Positions 49,019 to 62,253 of a stretch of DNA of 64,000 nt are shown here, one piece after another. Source of the stretch: Tricharina praecox (Eukaryota); the NCBI RefSeq assembly GCF_024521635.1, contig NW_026250408.1:992001-1056000 (forward strand). Direction: 5' to 3'. The position numbers were made by a program, and so were the translations under genes. The notes under the pieces were generated by a model. That model saw only the letters and a program-made list of their open reading frames with translations. It ran no database searches and was not told where the DNA came from. The first letter of the stretch is position 1; every line of letters begins with the position of its first letter.

Positions 49019-51121
49019 ATGGCGACAACAATCACTCGAAGACAACGCGCGTATTCCACCACGGCGACCCCACTAAGGTCTTTCTCCCTAACGTCGCAAC
49101 CACTGGTGGACCCGGGAAACGAATGTCTGAATACCGGGATCGGGGGTGCTGAGCACATCCAGGTCTTGTTCGCACACTCGGAGTCCAGGATAGTCAACTT
49201 CACCTTCACAACCTCTGCGCTCAACGGAGAACCATTGCCCTGGAGTAGCCCGTTGGAGAGAACTATCGCCTCGGGTTTATCTTCCCCTGTGTCTGTTTCT
49301 TCTTCGGGCTGATCTGACTGACCCCCTCCTCCCCCGGATATAGGCCCGCTACGAATCTACAAGACGGTACCACACAACATCGCGTTTCTGCAATCCGGAC
49401 CGGCGCTCAAACCATTGCTATCCAGAACGCAATGCTGGAATCTGGATGGGAAGAAAGTCTTCTGTCTCCAGCTACGACCAGGAAACTACTGGCGGATCGA
49501 AATCTTAGGGTAGTTTGCAGCTCGATGCTCCGTTTGCTTACGTCGAGAGGAAGAAAAAAGACCTGACAGGGAGGGACTTAGACTGGACTTTCAACTTGAT
49601 ATCAAATGCGCCGAATTTCGGGACGCGATGGCGAAGCTTGTAGCTTTCGAGGTTACCGCCTGTCCTTTCTCAAGGTCTGCGACCTGCATCCCGGTCATGT
49701 CGACGCCGGAAGTTCTTCAGCCCGCCAAGGTGTGGAAACGACCGCCGCTGAGAAGGGTCAAGAGCACGGAAAAGGTCAAATCGCCGATACCGGATCCTCG
49801 GAATGAGGGCCCTGGGGGGCTCCAGGTCACCCGGAAGCGCGCGGAGCGAACCGCCAACCCCGAAAGGATCAGGCCGAAGTTGGATTGTGCGATATCACTC
49901 GAGGAAGGACCATCACAGGATCTTCCGAAGCTGTCGAAAAAGATGAGCTGGAGAGAAACCTTCCCCGAGACCTTCCAGCAACGCCGAGCACTGTACGAAT
50001 CGCCAACCACGAGCCGCCGCACTAGTTTTGCGGAAGGATTCAAGCCCTCGTTGCAGGAGTTGAAGCAGGACGAAAACATTCCGCGTCGAGGCTCGCTAGG
50101 TGGAGACGTTTTCTTCGGCCGGTGGCCTCCCGCGACTACCATGGAGGCGGAGAAGGAAGTCCTTCCGGCCCATGCGGTGGAGAAGGACGACGATAGCGAA
50201 GAGAACCAGGAGAATGTCAAATGCACCTCGTTCGTAGAAGATTATGGCCTAGAGCCCGAGGAAGACCAGTCCGAACAGCCCGAGTCTTTCGGAACGTCGT
50301 CGGCCACCAAAACATACGGATCTACAGTATCGCCCCTTCCGATCAAGACCACGCAGATGGTCACCAGCGAGTTTGACTTCGGGGCGCTTCCCGAGTACTC
50401 TTCTTCCACGGAATCCGCCCACTGGCAGGACTTCACGCCGCCGCAGAGTCCGCTGTCCGGCGCTAGACTCAAGACGCCTATCGGAACACCACCTCCCTTT
50501 GCGGCACCTCCGATCTTGATTCACACCTCCGCACTCGGCGTGTCGTCTCGACACCCCACTCGCCCATCCACCCCGGAGGACTCGGTCGCTCCGATCCATT
50601 GGTACACACCCGCGCAGCACATGAGCACCTGCGAGCAGCGACAGAGCGATGGTCCCGCACTAGCGACCGTGGAGCTGGCCGCCGCCGTTTCCTCGGGAAC
50701 CCTGCAGATCCCGTACACGCCGGCGCGGACCTCCGGTTTCGAGTCCGAACCGGATGAGCCCCTCCGCACTCCATCACGTTCGCGTTCGTTCGCCGTAGCA
50801 GCGGACACCTATGCGTCGCGGCCACTTCGCCGGGCGGCCTCATCCCAGGTCCTCGCGCGAACAGCCAATATCGCCGCCTCGGCTGCGAACTTTGTAGTTC
50901 TCAAGCCATCCGCGTTCCTTGTCGCACTGATGTTCTCTATCGCGGCTCGCCTCGCCACCCGCGCCGTTGCCGGAGCCGCCCACTCGCTCGCTGAGCGCGG
51001 AGAACTGGGGGGTTGGGACGACGATAGCGATGACTACGGACTTGCGCCACAAGCTAGGAGCGAACGCCGCCGCAGAAGGAGTGAGACGTGTGAGCGCAGT
51101 GCGTGGGGACTTGAGGAGTAA
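49019..51121 (+). CDS. INP1: Inheritance of peroxisomes protein 1 (Inp1 domain) with a long disordered C-terminus; 3 exons
   Basis: LFAH...RIV.F, LPWSSPLERTIASGPLRIY, AFLQSG, QCW.LDG, YWRIE and CPF match the recalled fungal Inp1 domain. Confidence 0.7.
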
Positions 51122-52095
51122 GCGTGGATGATTCTTTCCACCCGCCAACGTTTTTCTGTTGGTTGGTTACGGGTGCGCGTGGACTAACGGGTGCAGCCGG
51201 TCCGTCGTCAGGAGCAGAAGCAGACGGTTGAAGTAGTGTGTGTCGTGTGCATGTGTGCATGTGCGTCTGTGTGTGCGAGTTTGATAGGCTTTATACCATG
51301 CCGCGACCATCGTCTGTAGCAATCGATTCGATTGTTGATACTATACCATACCATACCTACCGCCTTCCTTTCCCATCTTTTTCCGTTCTTGATACCTAGT
51401 AGTCCGTTTTTATCTTACACCTTCACTTTTACTTTTACCATACCCCATTATATTCTTCCCTTTCCTGTCCTGATTGTTTTGATGCATACTTTACGCGGAG
51501 CCGGAGCGAGCGGGGCGTTTTTCTTCTTCTTCTTCTTTTCTTTTCAAATTCAGTATCTTGGTTTATTCACATCGCCTTGCGGGTCGAGCTCGGTTCATCT
51601 TTGGTCAGTCATTCAACATGTACCTAGTCACATGCTATCACTAGTTTCCTTTGTCTTTGTCTTTGTCTTTGTGCGGCCGGGTAGGATTATGAGGTTGGGT
51701 TGGGGGATGGGGAATGGGAACTGGACGGTCAGGAATGGGGTGGGGTGGGGTGGGGATGATGTATGCCATTATTTAAGGGTTGGAACTTGGAACTGTTGGT
51801 TGTGGGACGGTTGGTTGGTTTTTTTTTTTGGGGGGGGGGGTGAGATTACATGATCCGGTCTACGGTACTAGGTAGTAAGCGATCGATATTTTTACTGGCT
51901 TGTTTGTTCTGCAGTCTCTGCGGTCTGTGCGTGATCACTCGGAATTTCGGACGGTTGGGACTTTATGGGCAGTGGAAGGTGAATGGCCCCAGGGAGAGAT
52001 AATTGCGCGTGAGTACTAAGTAGACGGTAATTCAAGCAATTGCCATTCTCAACCCCCTCCCCCTCAAAAAGCGGTACGGTATCGTACACAGCGCG

Positions 52096-52209
52096 AGTGA
52101 TGCGTGATGAGTTTCGAGTGATGATTGTCGAGTGATGAGTGATGGGTTATGGGTGATGAGTGATGAGTGATGAGCGATGAGCGATGAGTGATGCGTTATG
52201 ATTGATGAG
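52096..52209. repeat. Degenerate 7-bp (TGATGAG)n repeat
   Basis: Visible heptamer periodicity. Confidence 0.8.
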
Positions 52210-53225
52210 GACGAGTGACTTTCAATGACATAACTGGGAATACCAGTAGATACGCCGTTACTATTGGTCGCCGTCACCGTCATCCAGCAGTGTATAACCG
52301 TCGCTCGCAACCATAGTCTGCAACGGCCGCACAGTGAATCACGCGGTGGGTAGGAGGGACAGTGAGTGGTCAGATTTCTTGCGGGAAAAGCCGTTTTTTC
52401 GCGGCGCTGCAGACTGCAGTTGCCATTCTATGTGCTTACTTCCTATGTACGCGGTGGAAGGGACGGTGCCCGGAGTGGTCGGATCTATCATTTACCCCGG
52501 GAAGATCCATACAAGGTTGGTTCAATTGCGGTGCTGCGCTGCGGTTGGGTTGTCATTCTATGTATTGTACATACAGTAGCAAAAAGGGGCATTTATCGGG
52601 ACAGGAGTGTTACTCGACTTGTGTAATTTCAGCGTCGCTTTGGTATTCCGATAGAATACCGAGCTCAATCAAATGTGTATTAAGATTAAGCACCTGAACG
52701 CATTTCAATCAGACCGGTTGGAATGGGGTGCAAACAACTGGGAGGAGCTATTGGGATTCGGGAAGGATAACAGCTCCTCCTCATCCAGCTCCTCATCCAG
52801 CTCCTCTTCCTCCAGCCCCATTAACTTGTTCCATCCTATGATCCACAATACTACGTCATCACCAGTAAAGAAGTATCGATGCTAGAGTATTCGGTGCTCA
52901 TAGGAGGGGGGCAGGATCAAACTGTAGAGTCGTTCAGCGAAGAAGCATGAGTGTAGAGTCGAGGCCCATTGGTAAAGGTAGAGACTTGAGAAGAAGAGAC
53001 GAGACTTGACAACCAGAACTGCAGGCGGCAGCTTTGGGACGAACTTCAACAGAAGCTATTCCTATCCGGGCGGGCCAGACGTTGCGATTCCGTCGCTGTC
53101 TCTCTTTCAGACGACAACAGCTACCACAGTTCCTCCATCACATCTTCCAACCACTATTGTCTCTCCCCGTCTTCATCTTTTCTTCTGCACACCATCCATC
53201 TTTCTTCCGCACACCATCCATCATC

Positions 53226-54278
53226 ATGCCACACACCGCCGCGTCAGCCCCTCCGCCGATCCAGTTCGTCCGCCTCCCCGCCGGCATCACTGCCGAGCAG
53301 GCCCATCAGGCTCTGCAGGTTCTGCAGGCGCATACTGCAGCTGCCAAGGGCCCGCCCAAGCCGTCTCCTACTACGAGGAAGCGCAAACAGCGACGGCTTT
53401 ACCCAGGGCAGGGCGGATCGGATGACGAGCATGAATCCAAGGCAAGCCACTGGCGTATGCTCAATTCGCTTGCTAGGATCGGCTGGGCTAGGTGGTTTTC
53501 GCTCCCGGACGAAGATTACGTCAACCAGATTCTCGCGAAGGCGCTGGGGCAGGATGTTTTCAACAAGAAAAACCAAATGCTCTACTATGTCGGATACGGA
53601 AAGATTCGCGCCTGGAGCCGTCAATGGCAGTGTGACATTCTGAAGAGGCTTACGGAACATGTGAGTCCAATTCTGACAGGCATCACAATAGGTTCATGCC
53701 CATAGCTGACATTTTTATTGTAGGTCTCTGACGTATACGCAAAGGATAAAGAAGTCTTGGACACACTCGATTCCTCCGAAGTTAGTCAGCACTTCTATAA
53801 CGGCATCGAACTCCCGATGATCAAGGAGATCTTCCATTGCCTCGATGCCGATGTTTATCTGGATGACATCTTCAACTCGCCAGTCTCAGCGCTGTACTGC
53901 ACATTCTACAGCAACATGTGCGATGTGGTCCTTCAGCATCGCGTCAAGCCTGGTGAAAACAGGAGCAAACTGGATGACAGGAAGATCTACGAGAACTTTC
54001 GGAAACTCGCCCGTATGGAGTGGTTCGCCGATATCGATGTCGTCGATATCCCCATTCGTCCGAGAGAGCCTCCCAAAAAGAAACGCCCCCAGAACTCGGA
54101 AATGGTGCCGTTACGCCAGAGGGATCCCGACTTCGAGATCTTCGGTACGCCCCCCGGATTGGAGCGCCGCGAATCGAAGGTGGCCATGGCCGAGGCTGCC
54201 CAGAAGGAGGCCAAGGCTGCCCAGAAGGAGGCCGAGGCTGAGGCCGTGGCTGTCAAGAAGGAGGCCGAGGATGACTAG
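53226..54278 (+). CDS. Hypothetical 329-aa protein of unknown family (2 exons)
   Basis: ATG at 53226 after a pyrimidine-rich leader. Intron 53661-53723 (GTGAGT, CTGAC, TAG) joins two open frames. Codon usage looks coding. Confidence 0.7.
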
Positions 54279-54511
54279 AAGGAGGCCAGGAGTCTTCGTA
54301 ATCAGTCCATTGTCAAGTCTGAGACGCATAGCAGCGATAATGGTTTCACTTGGTAAGCCGGCGGTGGCTCTGTTGTTTTCAATGTTGTGTTTTCCTTTGT
54401 GATTTGTTACAACTTACTCATGATGCCTCTGCTTTGTGTTGTAAATGGTTGGTTGAGGTTTGATCTGTGGAGGGTTTGTGTTCACTGTTCTGTGACTTTT
54501 CATTTTCACCA

Positions 54512-54761
54512 TTGATGATTTGCAATGGTACTGTTTCGGTGGATAATAGATTTACGGTGGATAGGATGGGATTACGGTGGATAGGATGGGATTACGGTGG
54601 ATAGGATGGGATTACGGTGGATAGGATGGGATTACGAAAACGATGGGAATGATAGGAATGGTGATGATTTGCAATGGCATTGTTTCGGTGGATAGCAGAT
54701 TTACGGTGGATGGAATGGGGATCACGAAAACAATGGGAATGATAGGAATGATGATGATTTG
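54512..54761. repeat. Two-level tandem repeat: a ~90-bp unit twice, the first copy with an internal 20-mer (TTACGGTGGATAGGATGGGA) expanded to 4 copies
   Basis: Units restart at TGATGATTTGCAATGG (about 54513 and 54660). The 20-mer array is at 54552-54631. Confidence 0.9.
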
Positions 54762-55475
54762 ATTGTTGCCTCTCGTCTCCGCCCGCCGGTGCCGCCACCG
54801 TGTTTTATGGCTTCGTTCTCGGAACTGCAATTTACGCAGAGTACCTAGTGCTTGAATTTCACATGATCACACAGTAGCGAGATGCCATTTCTTAGGCGAA
54901 TCCACTACTGAAGCCTCGGTAGCGGGAGGGCAATTCCAGCGCAAATTCAATGCTGTCTTCATTGTACATATGCGTGAGATATAGGTAGTGAGATTTTGTG
55001 TGGAGATCAACTGCCTTGGCACTCACGGCGAAATGGAGGCGGTCGCGACTTACCCTTAGATACGCCCTGTACTCTACATACGTTGCTCGCCTGGCCCGTC
55101 CCCGTCCCACTGTGTAACTTCAAAGTTCCGTGGTGCCGAGGGAGTGGGACATGCGATGTTACCGGTACCGGTACTATGGTCGACTGGCGCGCTGCACTTC
55201 GGCGGCGCGTATGAATGGCCCGAGACGATCACGCGGCACACACACACACACACACATGGATCGGGTCCGTGATAGGTGAAGTGGGACAGATCCGCAAATT
55301 CGCAAATTCGCAATCCTCCAGTCTCCATGTCATTACTATCATGAATTACATAGCACACACACGCTACTATAACGTCCGTATGACCTAAACGCCCCAAACA
55401 TAAAATCCAAAAATTACATAACATCAACTCGTTGCCGCCCCTTCGTGCATACATACTTCCTACTCTACATACAGC

Positions 55476-57099
55476 TCAGACCTTCACCTTAAGCTTCCCG
55501 CCACTAAGCGCCCACCTAGCGGCCAAAAACGCCGTGCTCCCGGCCATGATGGTGCTGCCAGCAAAGATCTGGAGGCCCATGTAACCGCCGTTGTACTTAC
55601 TAACCAGGGCGCCGCCGATGGGGTTTCCAGTGAGGGCGGCGATGGAGACGACAGCAAACATTGCACCGTTGCGGACGCCGATCTGGCGGATATCCGAGAT
55701 TTGCGCGGTGAGCGCGGGTATGAGCGAGACGAACGCGCCCGTGGTGAAGCCGTATAGCGCGGCAAAGATTATGGTGGGCGTGTTCCCCGTGCCTGGGATC
55801 CATAGTGCGAATACCAGGATCCCAGAGGCGTACGTGATCAGTACCATCATGTTGAAGCGCCCAACTTTGTCGCCGATGTACCCGGGGATTATTCGCCCGA
55901 AGATGGAGGCGGCGTTGAGGATTGAGACGAGGTAGTTGGACAGGTCCACTGACATCCCGTTGCGTTGGGCGTAGACCGGGAGGTAGTTGAACGGAAGGAA
56001 CATTCTATTTCGAACGGGAGGTTAGCGAGACTTGATTGGATGGAGGGAGGGAGTGCAGAAACATACCCAAAGAAGAAGAGGAAGCCACCCACGACCATGA
56101 AGAAGTATGGTGGCTCTTTGAATGGGCTGACGAATTCCTGCAGCACCCACGGCGTCATCCCCTTGGGAGGCAGCCGGGAGCGGACGGTAAGGTTTGCGAA
56201 CACCATCATGAACAGCATCAGGAATGCTGTGATCCTCATTGACCAGCCGAAGCCGACCAAGACGATGAGGCGCCGAACCATGATGGGGAAGATCACTCCG
56301 CCCAGGGATGATCCCGAGGCTGTGATACCGAGGGCAAAGGCACGTTTCTTGTAGAACCAGGTCGACACGGAGCTCATGGCCCCGTAGAAGATCATACTGG
56401 CACCGATGGCCGAACAGATTCCTTGCGAGAGGGCAAATTGGTAGAATTCGGTGGAGATTGAGGCCATCATGATGCCGAATATGTGAAGAAATGTGCCGAG
56501 GAGGAGGATGTAACGAGGGCCATAGGCATCGTAGAATTTTCCGACTACAGCGCCACCACCGAACATACCTGTAGAAGAAGATACTGTCAGCGGCGTTTCA
56601 CAGAGCCTAAGGAGTGGGGGGACGTACAGAATGTTTCCAAACTGCTGATCCAGGAGACTGTTGATGGTGAATACTCCTTGAGCTGATTCTGTTGATAGTA
56701 GCCTTGAAATATTCCGATTGCGTTGATCCAGCCTTTACCACCTGTCAGCTTCCCGCCCGAGGCCCCGAACATCGAATCCGAGAGAGATATAGACATACCG
56801 AAAGAGCAGAACAAGCAGCAGAATGCGCCAAATGTACACAGCCACGCTTGCTGTCCACCGTCCGGGAAAGCCGCTGGGCTGTGGATCGACACACGCGTAT
56901 CCTTCTTTTCCAGCTCCTCCAGGTTATCGGCCCCAGCAGTCTCCTCGATCTTCTCGTCCACCATCACCGTCGACGCCGACAGCGACGAGCGCGATGAGCC
57001 GGCCTCGATCCGTTTGATGGTCTCGTCGGTTTGTGTCACAGAGGTAGCGCCGGACGGCAGCTGCGCACTGGAAGACTGGTTCTGTGCTGGCTGCAACAT
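55476..57099 (-). CDS. MFS monocarboxylate-porter family transporter (Mch-like); 4 exons
   Basis: [73 protein letters not shown]. Confidence 0.9.
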
Positions 57100-59599
57100 G
57101 GCTGGCTTGTTGGGGGGATCGAATTGCGTTGCACGGTAAACGGTAACGAAGAGAGAGTCTCGAACCCTGGGGGGGCGGACAGTCAAGAGATAATAAAGGC
57201 TTCCTTCCCCCGGTGGACACCGGACTAAACGTAGGGACCCCAAAAATTGTATTTCTCTCTGGGGATCCCGGCCATTCCAGACCCCTCCACTTGCCGAAAT
57301 AAGCGATTGCAGGCTAATTGTAGCCTATCCGCGTCGAAACAAGCTCTCTGGGCCAATAAAGTCCGTTCCCTCGGAGCACCTTTGATCTCCGCACTGGTAT
57401 CGAACACTAACTCCGCCAGCAGACAGCAGGGGGAGGGGGGGGGCATGCGTGCCGAAACATCCGGGAAGCGACGGGGGACTACTGCATGGGCAGATTTAAT
57501 CAGATCATCAGATTGAATATACGAGGAAGTAAAGTACTGTAGAGTACATACAGAAGTGACTCACGGCATTACGCGGCCAATAGTGACCGAGTCGGCCGTG
57601 TTATCGAGTGCAGGCTGACACAATGGAAGGCCTAGACGTCGTGGTTCCGTGCTGGTGCTCGGTGCCTCCTGCTGCCACTCGGCGTCCCGATTACTTATCA
57701 GCCGCCGAATATTCCGGGATGCATGTGGCCTGCAGGCGCACGGGGGCCGCCGGAATAAAGGCTCTACATTCCCGGTGGAATGGTGACATCTCCGAGCATC
57801 TGAATTAACGACGGAGTTAGTTATCGGCCAATGGGAGAGGTGCACACCTCAAGAACCGCCGAGGCATGAAGACTGATCATAGCTGGATGATATCATAATC
57901 CCATAGTAGCCCTCACTGGAAACCTGCCTTCATGTGAATCACCATGAGTAGCCTTGGGGAGCGTGTAATCCGTACCTGGCAGTTCCAGCCGTGAACGCAT
58001 ACGGCATAGCTATTTATCCCATATGTAGGTAAGTGACCCTGGATAGCCTCAGAGTTCTGACACTCCACTTCACAAGCTTAAGTCGTGTAGAGGACATACT
58101 AGTAGATCCTACACTACGCGTCCTAGAGGCCAGAAGTACCGGCACTGACTTTTGTGCTGATTAGGGTGTCCTGCGATGCCGATACTCAAGCCGCCGGCTG
58201 ATTGGACACAGACCGGTCTCTCTCACTCTCTCTCTCTCGGCGGCTTGACATGACTAGATAGATTACCTACCGTATGCGAGCCCTACAGAACCCGTGTATG
58301 CCTTGTCTCAAATCTCGATTGCACGCGTTGTGGATTCTAGACTTGCAGTGAGTCTTGCCCTGGGCTGTTGGCCAGTCGGGTTACATACACCAGATGGTTT
58401 CAGGCATAGAGAATGCTCCCGCCCCGAGACACCTATATCCGTTCCGATCCATGCGCAATGATCGGGGAGTCGGGGTTTGCCGTGCCTTGCTCTGACCAAG
58501 CGGCCTGGCCTGGCCTTGCCTGCCGTGCAAACATCCATCCATCTATCATTCGCACCGTCAGGCTCTGCATAAGCACGGAAGCGCAGTGCGCGGACATGCA
58601 GGGAGGACTCACTTGCAGCAGATCGCCGGTCGCCGGTCGCCGTATCTGCCCACCGGTAAATCCGCCCACCGGATGTGCTGGGAGCCTATGTAGGACACTC
58701 ATGATTCGGAGCAAAGCGTCACCGGAATCAGGCCATCCTCTCCGAATGCGCTAAAGTCGGCGGAGGTAGCCACTGATCCACATTAACTAGTAGTGATCGG
58801 AGCCGTGAGTCCGTGACTATCATACATGCCAGTACATAAGTAAGCGGTTCATCCCTGGTAGGCGGTACATACCGGGAGGCACATATATGCGGGCGGGCGG
58901 AGCAGTAAGCGCGAGAGGTAAAATAAACAACGGCTTTCAACTTGTTAGGCTCCGACATCCAGCGCCGTGGTTCCTGGCGCCAGCCTTCCACTTGCACATC
59001 AATATATCCATCAACTACTTCCATATTCTTCACCATCTACAACACGCAAAATTAGGTGACCACCGAGTGATAGATCATGCCCCAGGACGCCAATCCTTTA
59101 CAGTACGTTCCGCCTCTGGAGTCTGCATCTTCAAATCCTCAGCATGTTGGCACTGTAGACCCCCACGGGGGAAGACTGCTGTAACTAGTCAAGTTTAACC
59201 ATTGTCTCCGTAACAGTGTTGCACCGGGTTCCTCACATCCTTCGATCTGAGGATCAATTGTCGACACATGTACACGACTCCCGAAACAGTATCACCGAGC
59301 AACTGCTGATGATTGATAATTGGTCGGCCACCGGTCAGGTGCCGTACTGCCCATAGTTACAGGTGGGATGGACCAGATTTGCGATTTTTGCGATTGTGGC
59401 CTCGGCGCGTTCAATTGAAGTCCGCAGTAGGGCTACCGAGTCCCTACGGAATTGAGAAGTATCTGGCAGTGCCTACACTACGTAAATGGCGCGCTGTGGT
59501 AGTTCTACCGGATCGGTGCCCTCCCAACACCATCCTGAGCTCGGTGCTGTAGTTACTGCGCTGGCCTCGCCGCGGATAACACCCTGTTGTGGCCGAGTG

Positions 59600-59731
59600 T
59601 CGGAGGAGGTGTCAGCAAGAGGAGGAGAAGCTGTTAGCGAGAGGACGAACTGCCTGGGAGAGTCGGAGCTATCAGCGAGACGAAGACGTGATAGAGAAGC
59701 TGTCGGCGAGAGGAGGAGCTGTCGGCGAGAG
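59600..59731. repeat. Five degenerate copies of a ~19-bp motif GAG(G/A)AGCTGTCGGCGAGA
   Basis: Copies near 59602, 59625, 59665, 59694 and 59713. Confidence 0.6.
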
Positions 59732-60395
59732 AAAGTGTGTCACGTGTGAACTCCTCTCGACCTCGCCGCCGGCCTGGAGGGGTGTTGGCAAAAGGAGCCG
59801 TCTGCAAATCCGTTGTGCTACTGCATCCACCAAACCCCGTGATAATCCAAAAGACCGCATCGTACGGACCTAATACTTCGTGAAATGCTATGTCAGTCTT
59901 TTTTCCAGAAGAATATCCGTTATGCAACTGCATCTACCAAACCCCATGATACTCCAAAAGATCGCAATGTACGGATCCCAGAGTACTGGTGACCACCAAT
60001 TTCTGCAAGCACAGAAGTATTTCAGTAGTGATACCGCAGCCATGCGGTCGAAGATCACGTAGTAGTACTACCGAAGTTGGCCAAATATGCAGTCTTTCTT
60101 TGTTTGTAGGACGAACCTACAACTAAACGCCCAATATAATTACGCAGTGCATTGAAACCCCATTGAACTCTCGTTGTCTGTAAATGACGTATTACCTTTC
60201 GATACGTGATGTGAGAAAGACGGCACGCCTCCTGGCCAGTGTTTTATTGTGGAAATACGTGTTCTTTAGAAGTTTCTAAAAGTGGGCGTGCCTACTACGT
60301 ATTGAACAAAAATCTGGTAGTTCTTCGGTATGCAAATGACCGCGGTATTCTTCCCGTATCAATCGCACCCCACGTTTTGTGACTGTACGAGTACC

Positions 60396-61043
60396 TAAAG
60401 TACCAGGTCAAAAGTTATCGCCACTCGCCCCTACGAGACCACCACACCACACATGTAGACCTCTCGAACACCACAACCACACAATAGAAAGTAATAAAAC
60501 CTTGCATAGAGAATGAGTAGATACATATCCAGCTTCGACAAAATTTCCAGCCAAAAGAAATCAATATTTTATGTGAAGTTATGCGGCTAACTCAAGTCCC
60601 ATTGTCTTAAGGTCATCCATTTTCAACCACAGATTCTGCATCCCAAACACACTTTGAAAAATATTGGGTAATTGGAAGTCCTTGTTAACTATCTAGATGA
60701 TCTTTTAAGAAACTGCCTCGCAAATATAAGTAGTTGTGGTTGAGCAATGCGGCCCAGGAGAAAAATTTATGGTTGACGCTGGTTGTCATGCAACTTTTTG
60801 TATGGGAGCCTCATACAAAATGCGAAATCACCGTTCAAGTCATGTACAAACCCCGATCGAAAGCCACCAATTTTGACTAAAAGCAGTCAAATTTTTTTAT
60901 ATATGAGAGGGCTTATGATTTTACGGCGTCTGTGAAAGACACGATTTTTTTCCGCCAGACGGAGGATGAGTTTTGGTCGCGTGAAAATGGCCATTTTTGG
61001 TGTAAAACGGCCCCCTGGCGATAACTTTTGACCTAGTACTTTA
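60396..61043. mobile_element. Relic MITE/foldback-like element bounded by a 28-bp inverted repeat
   Basis: TAAAGTACCAGGTCAAAAGTTATCGCCA (60396-60423) against the reverse complement of 61016-61043 has one mismatch. The interior is AT-rich and non-coding. Confidence 0.6.
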
Positions 61044-61536
61044 CAACAAAACACCTTTTCCGCGGTCGAAATATAGTACACCAGTTTTCCGCGAAGAAGA
61101 GTAGAGTACCTAGAGGATTCACGCCAGCATCGCTGTGGCAAGAGAAAGAAATGGCAAGAGCAAGAAATGGCTACATGCCAGATGTAGGCTTAAGTGTGTT
61201 GGTGCTGGTGTCCATGAGAGATCGATCGTTGGTGATCAAAACCGACCCCCACTGCCACTATGTACCATTGTCACTACCACTGCCACTATCACTCGCTGTC
61301 TCAGCGCTTCCTCCGCACTACATACTAGTAGATTTTTTATTTGGACTTTCCATTCCGGCGGCCCTTAACTAGAGTACAGCGGCCATTCACCCGCGTCTCG
61401 TCTTCAATCGCGTCTTCAACGAAGGAATCAGAATGGAGTCTCGGAGTCCCATTACAGTTTGAAAAATCTATTTTTTTCAACAGTGAGCCTCCGTGAATAT
61501 GTAACTTGCACTCTTGCATGATATGTACACGCTGAT

Positions 61537-61600
61537 TGATTTTTGGAATGGTGATTTTTGGAATGGTGATTTTTGGAATGGTGATTTTGGAATAGTGATT
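61537..61600. repeat. 15-bp tandem repeat (TGATTTTTGGAATGG), about 4 copies
   Basis: Directly visible. Confidence 0.85.
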
Positions 61601-62253
61601 GCAAGTGACGACCTCAGCTAACTTAGCTGGCCCCCGGCAATACACACTTAAGCCCTCATTCCGTCTGGGCAGTGAGCAGTGAGCACCCCCCAGTCCTCTG
61701 CAATGGCGAGGACTCTTGAGGAGGAGCATTGTTAGAAAACCCTAGGGGGTGTCGTTTTTCCCCCCGTGCGCCAACGGGATTCAACAATGAGTGAGTGAGT
61801 GATGCTCCATGTCACTCAAGAGGGAGGGAAGACTCCAATCACCTCGCACCTCACATACATATCCCCATGTTTCAAAAAAAATTGATCCAGTGATCACGAC
61901 CAGTCCCCTCCGCCCGCCCTCCACCAACAATCTGGATACGGAATGGAATGGAATACTATTACCTAGGTATCATTTATTTCCCACCACAAAGCAATCATGA
62001 ACCATGACAGAGCATCAAAACCCGCTCGAGCAGAGCAGAACGTAAATGGTATTTCATGAACCATAGCACTTCATAGTAGCATCATGAAGAGCTGCTCGAC
62101 CGAGCAGAACGTACATAACCTATATCCGGGCCAAACTTAACATTCAGAAAGAAAGAAAGAAAGAAAAAATCACCCCGAACAGACATTTCGCTTGTAATAA
62201 TAAAACCAAAAAAAAACCCAAAAAAAAGAAGACATCCATCCATCCATCCATCA

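Noticed and set aside
54552..54631. Repeat array as a CRISPR locus
   Set aside because: The copies are directly adjacent with no unique spacers, the context is eukaryotic, and there are no cas genes.
54787..54850. Helitron 3' end (CGGTG-CCGC-CACCG hairpin, then CTAG) or a CACTA end (TAGTG)
   Set aside because: The hairpin is short and about 45 nt from CTAG, farther than the usual spacing, and no matching left terminus was found.
57500..60300. tRNA, ncRNA or coding gene in the long region upstream of the MFS transporter
   Set aside because: No cloverleaf, A/B boxes or credible spliced ORF could be identified by eye.
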